From: an uncultured Melioribacter sp.
GTDB taxonomy: Bacteria > Bacteroidota > Ignavibacteria > Ignavibacteriales > Melioribacteraceae
DNA length: 64,000 bases
NCBI GenBank assembly: GCA_964572725.1
Contig: CAZNFW010000004.1
Coordinates: 26,373-90,372 of the forward strand
Direction: 5' to 3'
The notes under the pieces were generated by a model. That model was given only the letters and a program-made list of their open reading frames with translations. It did not search any database and was not told where the DNA came from. Shown piece after piece: positions 29,207-38,831 of this stretch; position 1 is the stretch's first letter, and every line of letters begins with the position of its first letter. A program made the translations under genes and the position numbers.

Positions 29207-30182
29207 ATTTATTCTTTATGTACCCTTTTTGAATAAGTTCATCAGTTGCTTCAGTAACAATAAATTGATACAGCCAGTTTAACCATTCCCAGAAAGTTGT
29301 TTCTTCTTTATAAACAGAATTCAGATAATACTTAACAAGTTTTGGTTTTTGTTTATTGAGATTTTCTATTAAATCATTTGAAATAATCGCTGCCATCTCA
29401 TCAAAATATTTTTCTTCATTTTTATTTATTTGTAACACAACATAATCCATAATTTTCTTTGAGGCTACTTGATAAGAATTTTTTTCAAAATAATTCTTTG
29501 AATAAACTTTTATGGAATCATCTAATTCTTTATATGCTTTTTCAAAATAAATTAATGAATCATTACTATCCTTTAACTGAAAAAGAGCTGCATAAAATTT
29601 TTTGTTTCCTCTTTTTGGCGGCAAAGATTTTATAAAATTTTCTTGAATATTTTTTAGCTGCCATTTATTCAAAACCACATTGCTTAATACAAACAAAGAA
29701 ACAGCATCAAATGAATTCTTCACAAATTCTGATTTCCGTTTATAATCTGCTTCTGTAAAATGCTCTGAATAAAAACTTTTTATTTTAGAGAGCCGTGCAA
29801 CTATAATCTCTGCTGCAGTTTTTCCAATCGGCTTTGCAATATTTTTTAATTGTTCCCGATTTTCTAAATCCACAATCATGCAAGAGGGAACAAAAGTACC
29901 ATTATCTTTCTTTTTAATCAGACTATTTCCATACAGAAAATTTATTTTTTCTTCATACTCTGCATCATTCAAACCAAGATGCTTTTTAATTTTGTCTTTA
30001 TCAAAATTATTATGCAGCAGAATTAATATTTCTTTGAAATATTTTTTATTAAGCTCTGTTTCTATGGAATCATTTTGAGGTATCGTTTTAATTATAAAAG
30101 CTCCCTGCAATACTTCGTTTATGTTTTTCTTGGTGCTGCATGATGTAATCACAAGAATGAATAGAAATAAATATTTCTTCAT
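29184..30182 (-). CDS. Hypothetical lipoprotein
   Basis: It has a signal peptide with the lipobox VITSC and no recognisable domain. Its 3' end overlaps the convergent kinase gene by 23 nt. Confidence 0.5.
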   Translation of the reverse strand: MKKYLFLFILVITSCSTKKNINEVLQGAFIIKTIPQNDSIETELNKKYFKEILILLHNNFDKDKIKKHLGLNDAEYEEKINFLYGNSLIKKKDNGTFVPSCMIVDLENREQLKNIAKPIGKTAAEIIVARLSKIKSFYSEHFTEADYKRKSEFVKNSFDAVSLFVLSNVVLNKWQLKNIQENFIKSLPPKRGNKKFYAALFQLKDSNDSLIYFEKAYKELDDSIKVYSKNYFEKNSYQVASKKIMDYVVLQINKNEEKYFDEMAAIISNDLIENLNKQKPKLVKYYLNSVYKEETTFWEWLNWLYQFIVTEATDELIQKGYIKNKSISYFVQ

Positions 30183-30190
30183 TACCGTTA

Positions 30191-31183
30191 TTAATCTTTT
30201 TGACCAATTAAAAGAGAAAAACCAAAACTTGTATCTTTCCTTTCAATTTTTGAAATACCTGCACTATTGAGCCACTCACTCATTTCAGATTCTGTATATG
30301 TATCCCCGCTTTTAGTATTGACAAGCATATTAATAGCAAATATTGCACCGCCAGCAGGCTTCGTTCTGTCTTCATCCATTATCCAGTCTTTAATAATAAT
30401 TTGTCCATTTTTATTTAAAGCATCAAAGCATTTTTTAATAAGTAATTTATTCTCATCATAACTATTGCTGTGAACTACAGCAGAAAGAAAAATCATGTCG
30501 TAATCATCACCAATATTATCAATACGGTAATCACCCTCAATAAATGAGATATTGTTTTTATACAAAAAATCCTCAACATATTTTTTAGTTAAAGGAATAA
30601 CTTCTGGCAAATCAAAAATGACAGCTTTCATATCAGGATTAGATTCAACAAATTTCATTGCAAATGCACCTGAGCCTCCGCCAACATCGAGCAATTTTTT
30701 AACATTTTTGAAATCTATCATATATGAAACAATTTTTGCTTCTTTCAAAGCACGGTAATGCATTGCTGCTATGAATGAATTTATCCAGTATGAATTTTCT
30801 GTGTTTCTCTTATAAACTGCGGTTCCTTTTTTTACCGCTTCGGTTAAAGTATCCCATGATTTCCATAACTCATTTGTATGAAACAATCCTCCCATAAATT
30901 CAGGTTTTCCTTCCACAAGAAATTGCGATGCGCTTTCCGAGTTATAAAACTTACCATGAATTTTTTTAAGTAAACCCATTGCACACAAAGCATTCATTAA
31001 TCTATCTGTTGCTTTTTCATCTGTGTTTAATTTTTGAGCAACTTCTTTTGATGTAAGCATATGTTTATCAACTATAGTAAAAATTTTTAATTCTATTGCT
31101 GTCAAAAGAATTCTGCTTTGTTGAAATGAATATGCAATATTTCTAATATCTTCTGCGCTTAAAAATTTTTCTGATGAATTCAT
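30191..31183 (-). CDS. SAM-dependent O-methyltransferase (family 2, with an N-terminal winged-helix dimerisation domain)
   Basis: It has SAM motif I LLDVGGGSGAFA. The length and layout are typical of Methyltransf_2 enzymes. Confidence 0.75.
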   Translation of the reverse strand: MNSSEKFLSAEDIRNIAYSFQQSRILLTAIELKIFTIVDKHMLTSKEVAQKLNTDEKATDRLMNALCAMGLLKKIHGKFYNSESASQFLVEGKPEFMGGLFHTNELWKSWDTLTEAVKKGTAVYKRNTENSYWINSFIAAMHYRALKEAKIVSYMIDFKNVKKLLDVGGGSGAFAMKFVESNPDMKAVIFDLPEVIPLTKKYVEDFLYKNNISFIEGDYRIDNIGDDYDMIFLSAVVHSNSYDENKLLIKKCFDALNKNGQIIIKDWIMDEDRTKPAGGAIFAINMLVNTKSGDTYTESEMSEWLNSAGISKIERKDTSFGFSLLIGQKD

Positions 31184-31185
31184 AT

Positions 31186-32121
31186 TTATATTCTTCTTCT
31201 AAAACCTTCGCCAAGAACTTCATGAACATTGTAAATAATTACAAATGCAGATGGGTCAATTGATTTGACAACATCAACAAGTTTAGAAACTTCTCTCAAA
31301 GGAACTACAGTAAGCAGCATTTCGCGTTCGACATTTCGGAAAGCTCCGCGTGTTTTAACTGCGGTACAACCTCGTCCCATTTCTTTTAAAATTGATTCAG
31401 TAATTTCATCAAATTTATCAGAAATTATATAAGCAGCACGTGCATAATCAAAACCGTCAATTATCATATCAATCAATCGGGAAGATACAAACAACAAAAA
31501 CACAGCATAAAATGTTAAAGTCAATGCCGGCCGTTCGGGTGAAAGATTTTTGACATCAATAATAAATCCAGCCAGCGCAATAACAAAAAAATCAATTATC
31601 ATGATTGCCTGACCGGGTTTAATTCCAAAACGTTTGTGAAGTATTGAAGCAATTATATCAGAACCGGCTGTTGTGCCTTTGAATTTAAAAATAATTCCCA
31701 GTCCAACTCCAAGTAAAACAGAACCAATAATAATCATAAAAAGAAAATCATTTTTATAAAGGTCTAATACAGCTTGAGATTTATGTAATTGAATTTTATG
31801 CAGTCCCGGAATATCACCTCTGAATAAATCTATAAAAAATGAGTTAAGAGAAAAACCAACAAAGGTCCTCATTCCAAATTTTTTGCCTAATTCTTTTAAT
31901 CCCCATATAAATAAAGGAACATTAAGCACCCACACAAGAATTCCAACTGAAATTTTATTTCCTGATAAATAATAAATAGCCATAGCCAGACCGCTGACTC
32001 CTCCTGGAACAACACGAGCATCTACAAGGAAAACACCAATTCCAAGTGACATTATTGCGGAGCCAAATACAATTGCAATATAATCAACAATTGGATATTT
32101 GTTAAAAATTTCTTTAATCAT
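31186..32121 (-). CDS. YitT-family membrane protein (DUF2179 C-terminal domain)
   Basis: It has five to six TM helices with GGVSGLAMA and GTTAGSDI motifs, plus a soluble C-terminal domain. Confidence 0.75.
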   Translation of the reverse strand: MIKEIFNKYPIVDYIAIVFGSAIMSLGIGVFLVDARVVPGGVSGLAMAIYYLSGNKISVGILVWVLNVPLFIWGLKELGKKFGMRTFVGFSLNSFFIDLFRGDIPGLHKIQLHKSQAVLDLYKNDFLFMIIIGSVLLGVGLGIIFKFKGTTAGSDIIASILHKRFGIKPGQAIMIIDFFVIALAGFIIDVKNLSPERPALTLTFYAVFLLFVSSRLIDMIIDGFDYARAAYIISDKFDEITESILKEMGRGCTAVKTRGAFRNVEREMLLTVVPLREVSKLVDVVKSIDPSAFVIIYNVHEVLGEGFRRRI

Positions 32122-32166
32122 ATTTATGCTTTTCTTCTAAAATAGTGAGAACAAAAGCTTTAAAAA

Positions 32167-32487
32167 TCAAAGCTCTCCTTTTTTATACATCATTTGAGTT
32201 TTTATTCTCAGCAGCTGCCGTTCAATTATTAAATCAGCAAGTTTTTCGGGTATTGCAGTTTTATCTTTAGAGTGCAATATTTCATGAACTTTGTTTTCAT
32301 CAACATCAATTCTATAAAGATTAATTATGAACCTGTCAAAATTTTGGGACATCAGTTCTTTAATTTTTTCAATTAAATATTCCCTAATGAACTTTTGTTC
32401 TTTTTTTTCTAAAAGTGCTTCACCTGGAATTGACAGGTCTTTGCTTAATTTCTGAATTAATAAAGAATAAATTTCTTCTTCTGCCAT
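32167..32487 (-). CDS. Hypothetical protein
   Basis: 106-aa ORF in a co-directional gene string. It has helical, charged composition and no motif I recognise. Confidence 0.45.
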   Translation of the reverse strand: MAEEEIYSLLIQKLSKDLSIPGEALLEKKEQKFIREYLIEKIKELMSQNFDRFIINLYRIDVDENKVHEILHSKDKTAIPEKLADLIIERQLLRIKTQMMYKKGEL

Positions 32488-32500
32488 ATAGATAATATTT

Positions 32501-33727
32501 TTATTTTATATAAACCATTGCTCTAACTTCAGAAAAATTTCCGGCAGTTAATTTATAAAAATAAATTCCACTTGAAAGAAAATAATTATCTGGATAAAAT
32601 TTTATTTGATATGTACCGGCAGATTTAAAATCTTCAACAATTGTTGCTTTTTCTCTTCCGAGCAAATCAAAAACCTTTAGTGTTACATATGAAGAAAATG
32701 GGATTGAGTAATTAATAGCCGTTTCATTATTGAAAGGATTAGGATAATTCTGCTTGAGATAAAATGAATTATATTTTTTATCATATTTTACATCAGTAAT
32801 ACCTGAAAATTTAAAAACAGCGTAAACCGGCAAATGGTCTGATGCAGAAATTAAAGAGTCAGCCAGTTCTCTTCCAAAAGAATTATAACCATAATTAATA
32901 GCCTTATTAAAATGATTGCCATCATTACCTACGATTGTATAAGTACCATTTACATATTCAATTCCGCCGGGATCTTTTACTGCCTGCGAAATTAATATCA
33001 TATCAAAACGAACTGTCAAATTTGAAGCATACATTGTGTGTGTAAAAGCATAATCAGGATTATCGCCCCATTCACCAATTGCATCAAGCGGGTCAATAAC
33101 ATAACCTTTTACAGTTTTATCAATTAATTTTTGAACTGCCGGTTCGGAGCCAAATAAAGTATTGAAGTCCCCAAGCACAATAAAATTTTTGTTTGCTGGA
33201 AGTTGTGCTGTTCTCTTTCTCAATGAATCCACAGCAATAGCACGCCGCCGCATATTGTCTGAATTATCTCCTGTAAGTGAATTTGCTTTTAAGTGAACAG
33301 AAAAAATTATTAATGTATCATTTGTTAATTTGTTGATTAATGGAAATTCATTAATTGGCCTTGTTTCTGCCTGATGAACAATATTACCAAGTGAAATAAA
33401 CTTATCATCCCTGTAAAACAATACACTATTCATATTTGTTGATTCAATAAATTCTGCAACTGCATATTTGTTATCAACTACATAATTTAATAATTGATTG
33501 ACAGAAGCTTTATCTCTTACTTCCTGACAAACAAGAATATCCGGCGCAACATAATTAATTACATATCTCAAAGCAGGATTATCCCAGTCTAATTGATTTG
33601 GATTCGAAGGTGTTGGATTGTAAGCTGTGTAATCGTGAATATTATAAGTCATTATTTTGATGTATTGCTGAGAATACAGTGTTGCTGAAAAAAATAAAAA
33701 AATCAGTAATAAAGTTTTTGGTTTCAT
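32501..33727 (-). CDS. Secreted endonuclease/exonuclease/phosphatase (EEP) family protein with a T9SS C-terminal sorting domain
   Basis: It has a signal peptide and EEP motifs (MTYNI, CQEV, GDFN, SDHLPV). The C-terminus is NYPNPFNNETAINY...GIYFYKL. Confidence 0.8.
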   Translation of the reverse strand: MKPKTLLLIFLFFSATLYSQQYIKIMTYNIHDYTAYNPTPSNPNQLDWDNPALRYVINYVAPDILVCQEVRDKASVNQLLNYVVDNKYAVAEFIESTNMNSVLFYRDDKFISLGNIVHQAETRPINEFPLINKLTNDTLIIFSVHLKANSLTGDNSDNMRRRAIAVDSLRKRTAQLPANKNFIVLGDFNTLFGSEPAVQKLIDKTVKGYVIDPLDAIGEWGDNPDYAFTHTMYASNLTVRFDMILISQAVKDPGGIEYVNGTYTIVGNDGNHFNKAINYGYNSFGRELADSLISASDHLPVYAVFKFSGITDVKYDKKYNSFYLKQNYPNPFNNETAINYSIPFSSYVTLKVFDLLGREKATIVEDFKSAGTYQIKFYPDNYFLSSGIYFYKLTAGNFSEVRAMVYIK

Positions 33728-33808
33728 TTATAAAACTAAATTGTTATTAAATTTGTTATGATGATAAACTTTCGATATGAAAAATATAAAATTATGATAT
33801 TAACCAAA

Positions 33809-34420
33809 ATGTATATTAAAAAAATTGAACTGCGGTTAATTAAAGCATTCTATTTTAGTTTTATTTTTATAATATTAATATCATCATGCAAAAGCAATTT
33901 GCCTGTAATAGAAGATTTTAGCAAAGAAAATTTTCCGTTGATTAATCAGTCCGAAGAGAAAATTAATTTTCCTTCCCATTTTGCAGGTAAAATAATTGTT
34001 ACTGGATACATATTTACAAACTGTCCGGACATTTGCCCTCTTACAATAAATAACATGCGTTTAATTCAAGATAGATTAAAAAAAGAAAAAATAAAAGATG
34101 TAGAATTTGTCTCGATAAGTTTTGACCCTTTGCAGGACACTCCCGAAGTGCTAAGAAATTTTGCAGAAATTAGAAATCTTGACTTGCAAAACTGGCAATT
34201 TCTTACAGGTGAAAAAAAAGTAATTGATTCATTAATTAAAAAAGCAGGAGTTTATGTAATCCCGTCTGATTCAACTGTTTTTAAAGACAGAAGAAAAATT
34301 TATTATTATATTCATACAGACAGAATTCAACTTTTCGATAAACATGGAAGAGTAAGAAAAAATTATACGGGAAGTAAAATTAATATTGAAGAAATAATCA
34401 ACGACATAAAAAATTTATAA
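33809..34420 (+). CDS. SCO1/SenC family copper chaperone / thiol-disulfide oxidoreductase (lipoprotein)
   Basis: It has the CxxxC motif FTNCPDICP and a conserved downstream His (YIHTD), plus the lipobox ILISSC. The ORF-track start at 33758 is less likely because it would sit 30 nt from the divergent gene. Confidence 0.85.
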   Translation: MYIKKIELRLIKAFYFSFIFIILISSCKSNLPVIEDFSKENFPLINQSEEKINFPSHFAGKIIVTGYIFTNCPDICPLTINNMRLIQDRLKKEKIKDVEFVSISFDPLQDTPEVLRNFAEIRNLDLQNWQFLTGEKKVIDSLIKKAGVYVIPSDSTVFKDRRKIYYYIHTDRIQLFDKHGRVRKNYTGSKINIEEIINDIKNL

Positions 34421-34442
34421 CTATAAAGAAAAGAGAATATTT

Positions 34443-34634
34443 ATGAGTTCATTTTCATGTCAATTTATAGATAGCGAAAAAAGTTATTGCATAAGATTAA
34501 AAAAAGACTGCATTCCGGGAAGACCGGGTTGCGTATTAAAAGGAAGATTTGTATTTGCAATTCCAGCAGAAAAAAGAATGAACCAACAAGCTGATAAAAA
34601 TCAAAACGATAAAAAAAGCAACAAGATTAAATAA
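34443..34634 (+). CDS. Hypothetical 63-aa protein with four N-terminal Cys and a Lys/Asn/Gln-rich tail
   Basis: The Cys spacing is C6-x9-C16-x6-C23-x6-C30. It starts 22 nt downstream of the SCO1-family gene on the same strand. Confidence 0.4.
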   Translation: MSSFSCQFIDSEKSYCIRLKKDCIPGRPGCVLKGRFVFAIPAEKRMNQQADKNQNDKKSNKIK

Positions 34635-34760
34635 AATATGTATCCTTTCAAAATATAATACCTATCGGCTTTTTAAAAAATTCTACTTGGATAAATGTCT
34701 TTTTTTTATATATTGAAATTAAATTTCAGTTTACATTTAATAAAAAAATAGAGTATAAGA

Positions 34761-35912
34761 ATGAAATTAACCAAATTGTTTTCGGAATTTTTTGAAAGTG
34801 AAAAAGCAGGCGGAATTATACTTGTCATTATGACTATAATTTCACTTGCTGCAGCTAATTCTGCATGGCAAATTAGTTATATAAATTTCTGGAACTACAA
34901 TATTGGCGGACATTCACTTGCACACTGGATTAATGATGGATTAATGGCAATATTCTTTTTATTAATTGGTCTAGAACTGGAAAGAGAAATTTATCAGGGC
35001 GAGTTATCAGATATAAAAAATGCATCTCTGCCAATTTTTGCTGCTGTTGGTGGTATGATTTTTCCTGCATCTATTTTTTTACTATTAAACTTTGGAACTG
35101 AAACTCAGTCTGGTGCCGGAATCCCAATGGCAACAGACATTGCATTTGCAATTGGAATTCTTTCCTTGTTAGGCAAAAGAGTTCCTGCATCGCTAAAAAT
35201 ATTTTTAACTGCCCTCGCTGTAATTGATGACCTTGGTGCTATTTTAATAATTGCATTTTTTTATACTACAAGTCTTTCATTTTATAATTTACTCATTGCT
35301 CTTGGAATATTTGTTATCTTAATTATATTAAACAGACTAAAAGTTCACAGCTTGACTCCATATTTAATTGGCGGAATAATTATGTGGTATTTTATGCTTC
35401 ATTCTGGAGTTCATGCTACTATAACTGGGGTTTTGCTTGCATTTGCAATTCCATTTACCGACGGAGGAGAAAAATCGCCCTCATATAAACTTCAACACTT
35501 TTTACACAAACCTGTAGCTTTTATAATTCTTCCAATCTTTGCTCTTGCAAATACCTGCATTGCTATTGAAACTGAACTTTATAATAATTTAATAGAAAAT
35601 TACAGTCTTGGAATAATTTTAGGTTTAGTAATTGGTAAGCCTTTAGGAATTACAATTTTATCTTATGCAGGTGTTAAATTAAAACTTTGTCAACTTCACT
35701 CTGAATTAAAATGGAAAAATATTATCGGAGTTGGACTTATAGCAGGCATAGGATTTACAATGTCAATATTCATCACACTTCTTGCATACGATAAAATTCA
35801 ATTAATAAACAGTTCTAAAATTGCAATATTAATTGCTTCATTAATTGCTGGTGTAATCGGTTATATTGTTTTAAGATTAACCTTAAAAGAAACTATAGAA
35901 AATGAAAGTTAA
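34761..35912 (+). CDS. nhaA: Na+/H+ antiporter NhaA
   Basis: 383 aa. The conserved NhaA segments are FFLLIGLELEREI and the AVIDDLGAI Asp pair. Confidence 0.95.
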   Translation: MKLTKLFSEFFESEKAGGIILVIMTIISLAAANSAWQISYINFWNYNIGGHSLAHWINDGLMAIFFLLIGLELEREIYQGELSDIKNASLPIFAAVGGMIFPASIFLLLNFGTETQSGAGIPMATDIAFAIGILSLLGKRVPASLKIFLTALAVIDDLGAILIIAFFYTTSLSFYNLLIALGIFVILIILNRLKVHSLTPYLIGGIIMWYFMLHSGVHATITGVLLAFAIPFTDGGEKSPSYKLQHFLHKPVAFIILPIFALANTCIAIETELYNNLIENYSLGIILGLVIGKPLGITILSYAGVKLKLCQLHSELKWKNIIGVGLIAGIGFTMSIFITLLAYDKIQLINSSKIAILIASLIAGVIGYIVLRLTLKETIENES

Positions 35913-35928
35913 TAAATTAAGCGAGTAA

Positions 35929-37077
35929 TTATGTCACCTTAATTGAAATAACACTAACATCATCTTCTAATTCACCGTCAGTAAATTTCATAATTTCATT
36001 TTTTAATGCATCTATTGTTTTGTCATTTGAGGATAATGAACTTAAAAAATTAATTAATCTTTCCTGACCGTATTGTTCACCATTTTTATTTCTTGACTCT
36101 GTTATGCCGTCCGTAATTAAAATAATTTCATCTCCTGATTGTAACTGAATTTCATGGTCTTCATATTGACCTGACTGACTAAATCCAAGCAGCAATCCTG
36201 TTGAATGAAAATATTTTGCCTGATTAGATGATTTATGAATTATTGGCAAATCTCCGGCTCCAGAATATTTTGCAACTTTATTTTTTACATCAATAATAAT
36301 TACAGAAAGAGTAATAAATACTTCTGAAATTCTTTCGTCCTTGTAAACAGATTCATTAATTCTTTGAAGAATTTCACTTGGTTTAAATTCTTTTGAGGAT
36401 TCAAGTACAAACCTTGCTGCACTACGAACATAACCGGCATAAGCAACGGCAAAGTACCATGCACCCCATCTTTTTCCCATTACATCACCAAGTATAACTA
36501 CAAGATTATTATCGTCTATACTAAAATAATCTATAAAATCCCCACCGGGCACATTTTTATATGGCATATACAGTTGATTAATTTCAAGTCCTTGAAATTT
36601 TGGCGGTGTATCAGGCACTACGGTAGCAACCATTGTATCAGCAGCTTTTTGAACTTCATCAACAACTTTGACTCTTTCTTTTTCCAGACTCTTTAGAATT
36701 GCCGATACCTTTGCAATAACAACTTTTGGACTTGATGTTTTGATAATATAATCTTCTATTTCCAAATCAAATCCTTTAAGAATATCTTCTTCTGAACCTT
36801 TTGCAGTAAGGAACACAAAAGGAATAGCTTTTAATTCTGGGTCTTTGAGCAATTCTTTTCTGAATTCAAATCCGTCCATCTCGGGCATCATTACATCGCT
36901 TATAATTAAATCAGGTTTAATTTCCTGAGCAAGTTTTAATCCTTCTTTTCCATTAGAAGCATGTTCGCATTTAAATCCTGCTTTGCTCAAATTGTGCATA
37001 AAAAGTTTTGCTATATTAAATTCATCTTCTACAAGAAGTATTTTACCTATTATTTTATTGTTTTCAATTGCTGCCAA
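35929..37077 (-). CDS. Response-regulator receiver fused to a PP2C/SpoIIE-type Ser/Thr phosphatase (RsbU-like)
   Basis: The REC domain has LLVEDE ... DLIISDVMMPEMDG. The C-terminal PPM domain has GGDFIDY, GDVMGKR, ITDGITE and the terminal DDVSVI. Confidence 0.85.
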   Translation of the reverse strand: MAAIENNKIIGKILLVEDEFNIAKLFMHNLSKAGFKCEHASNGKEGLKLAQEIKPDLIISDVMMPEMDGFEFRKELLKDPELKAIPFVFLTAKGSEEDILKGFDLEIEDYIIKTSSPKVVIAKVSAILKSLEKERVKVVDEVQKAADTMVATVVPDTPPKFQGLEINQLYMPYKNVPGGDFIDYFSIDDNNLVVILGDVMGKRWGAWYFAVAYAGYVRSAARFVLESSKEFKPSEILQRINESVYKDERISEVFITLSVIIIDVKNKVAKYSGAGDLPIIHKSSNQAKYFHSTGLLLGFSQSGQYEDHEIQLQSGDEIILITDGITESRNKNGEQYGQERLINFLSSLSSNDKTIDALKNEIMKFTDGELEDDVSVISIKVT

Positions 37078-37092
37078 ATTAAAACCCCAGAT

Positions 37093-37437
37093 TTAATTTA
37101 TCTTAAAACTCCTAATTGCATCCTGAAGTTCAGGATACGACTCAAATACTCTGAATAATCTTGTCAATTCGAACATAGATCTAACAGCAGGTTTAAATCC
37201 AACAAGTTTTAAATCACCACCAAGATTTGCAACTTTTTTAAGTGCATTTACAATCACGCCAAGAAATGTTGAATCGATAAAATCAACTTTGCTTAAATCA
37301 ATAATTACATTTTTATAACCCTTATCAATTTTTTCATATATCATATTCTTTAGATTGCCCGATTCTTTTAATGTTGCTCTTTCAACATTTATTATTTCAA
37401 CAACTATATCATCAATTATTTCTTCTATTATTTCCAT
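37093..37437 (-). CDS. STAS-domain protein (anti-sigma-factor antagonist, SpoIIAA/RsbV-like), copy 1
   Basis: 114 aa. The DFIDSTFLG motif has Ser/Thr at the position phosphorylated in SpoIIAA/RsbV, and LGGDLKLVG follows. Confidence 0.85.
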   Translation of the reverse strand: MEIIEEIIDDIVVEIINVERATLKESGNLKNMIYEKIDKGYKNVIIDLSKVDFIDSTFLGVIVNALKKVANLGGDLKLVGFKPAVRSMFELTRLFRVFESYPELQDAIRSFKIN

Positions 37438-37445
37438 AATAACTC

Positions 37446-38816
37446 CTACTTAATTTCTATATTATATTTTTTTATTAAACGATACAAAGTTGCTCTTCCA
37501 ATTTTTAATTTTCTAGCTGCTTCAACCATATTCCTACCTGTTACTTTAATTGCATGGCGAATAGCAAGTTCTTCTAATTTTTCAATTGGAATTATTGGTG
37601 AATCATCTGAAAACAGAGCCGTTTTAGAATCAACAGCTATAGTTTGAGAAGTTATTGAAGGCGGAAGAACATCCACATCTATATAATCTCCATCAGTAAG
37701 AATCATACATCTTTCGAGAGTATTTTCAAGTTCACGAACATTTCCAGGCCAGTTATAATCATACATAAGTTTTAATGCACTTTTTGTTACGCCTTTAATA
37801 TTTTTGCCATGTTTTTGATTTAACTGTTTAATAAAGTGTTCTATTAAAACAACTATATCGGCTTTTCTTTCTCTTAATGGTGGAATATAAATAGGAAAAG
37901 AACTTAATCGATAATACAAATCTTCCCGAAAAAGTTTTTTATCGACACACTCTTTTAAATCTCTGTTTGTCGCAGAAATAATTCTCACATCTGTTTTAAT
38001 AATTTCGTTTCCTCCGACTCTTTCAAATTCTTTTTGCTGAATAACGCGAAGTATTTTTGCTTGAAGCGACATTTCCATTTCGCCAATTTCATCAAGAAAA
38101 ATTGTACCTCCATTTGCCAGTTCAAACTTCCCAATTTTTCTTTGATGTGCACCTGTGAATGCCCCCTTTTCATGACCAAATAATTCGCTTTCAAGAAGTT
38201 CTCTTGGTATTGATGCACAATTAACTACAACAAAAGGAGCATTTTTTCTTTTTCCATTATAATGGATTGCTCTGGCAATTAATTCTTTACCTGTTCCGCT
38301 TTCTCCCTGAATTAATACTGTTATATCATTATCAAGAACTTTCGAAACCATTCTGAAGGCTTCCTGCATTTTTTTATCTGCAGAAACAATGTTATCGAAG
38401 CTGTATTCTTTTTGAATATTTTCTTTCAGCTTTTTTAATTCTCGTTCTAGGTCATAATTCTTAATTGCATTTCTGATTGCAGATTCAAGTTTGCTTTTTT
38501 CAATAGGTTTAGGGAAATAATCAAAAGCTCCGAGTCTGATTGATTCAAGTGCAACTTCAATGCTCCCTTGTGCAGAAAGCATAATTACAGGCAATTGAGG
38601 ATTTTGTTGTTTTATCTTTACAAGCAATTCATTACCATTAATATCAGGCAGCATTATATCAAGCAAAATCAAATCTGGTTCTTCAGAAAGTGCTTCAATC
38701 ACGTCTGCGCCTGAAAGAAATGTTTTTACTTTGTAACCCCATTGGTTTTTACACCAATGTGTAAGCATTTTTAATATTGATTCTTCATCATCAACTATAA
38801 AAATTAATTTTTCCAA
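37446..38816 (-). CDS. Sigma-54-dependent response regulator (NtrC family: REC, AAA+, Fis-type HTH)
   Basis: It has REC (DLILLDIMLPDING), Walker A GESGTGKE, the sigma-54 contact loop GAFTGA, Walker B FLDEIGE, and the C-terminal HTH GRATLYRLIKK. Confidence 0.95.
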   Translation of the reverse strand: MEKLIFIVDDEESILKMLTHWCKNQWGYKVKTFLSGADVIEALSEEPDLILLDIMLPDINGNELLVKIKQQNPQLPVIMLSAQGSIEVALESIRLGAFDYFPKPIEKSKLESAIRNAIKNYDLERELKKLKENIQKEYSFDNIVSADKKMQEAFRMVSKVLDNDITVLIQGESGTGKELIARAIHYNGKRKNAPFVVVNCASIPRELLESELFGHEKGAFTGAHQRKIGKFELANGGTIFLDEIGEMEMSLQAKILRVIQQKEFERVGGNEIIKTDVRIISATNRDLKECVDKKLFREDLYYRLSSFPIYIPPLRERKADIVVLIEHFIKQLNQKHGKNIKGVTKSALKLMYDYNWPGNVRELENTLERCMILTDGDYIDVDVLPPSITSQTIAVDSKTALFSDDSPIIPIEKLEELAIRHAIKVTGRNMVEAARKLKIGRATLYRLIKKYNIEIK

Positions 38817-38831
38817 TTTACCCCTCTTAAG

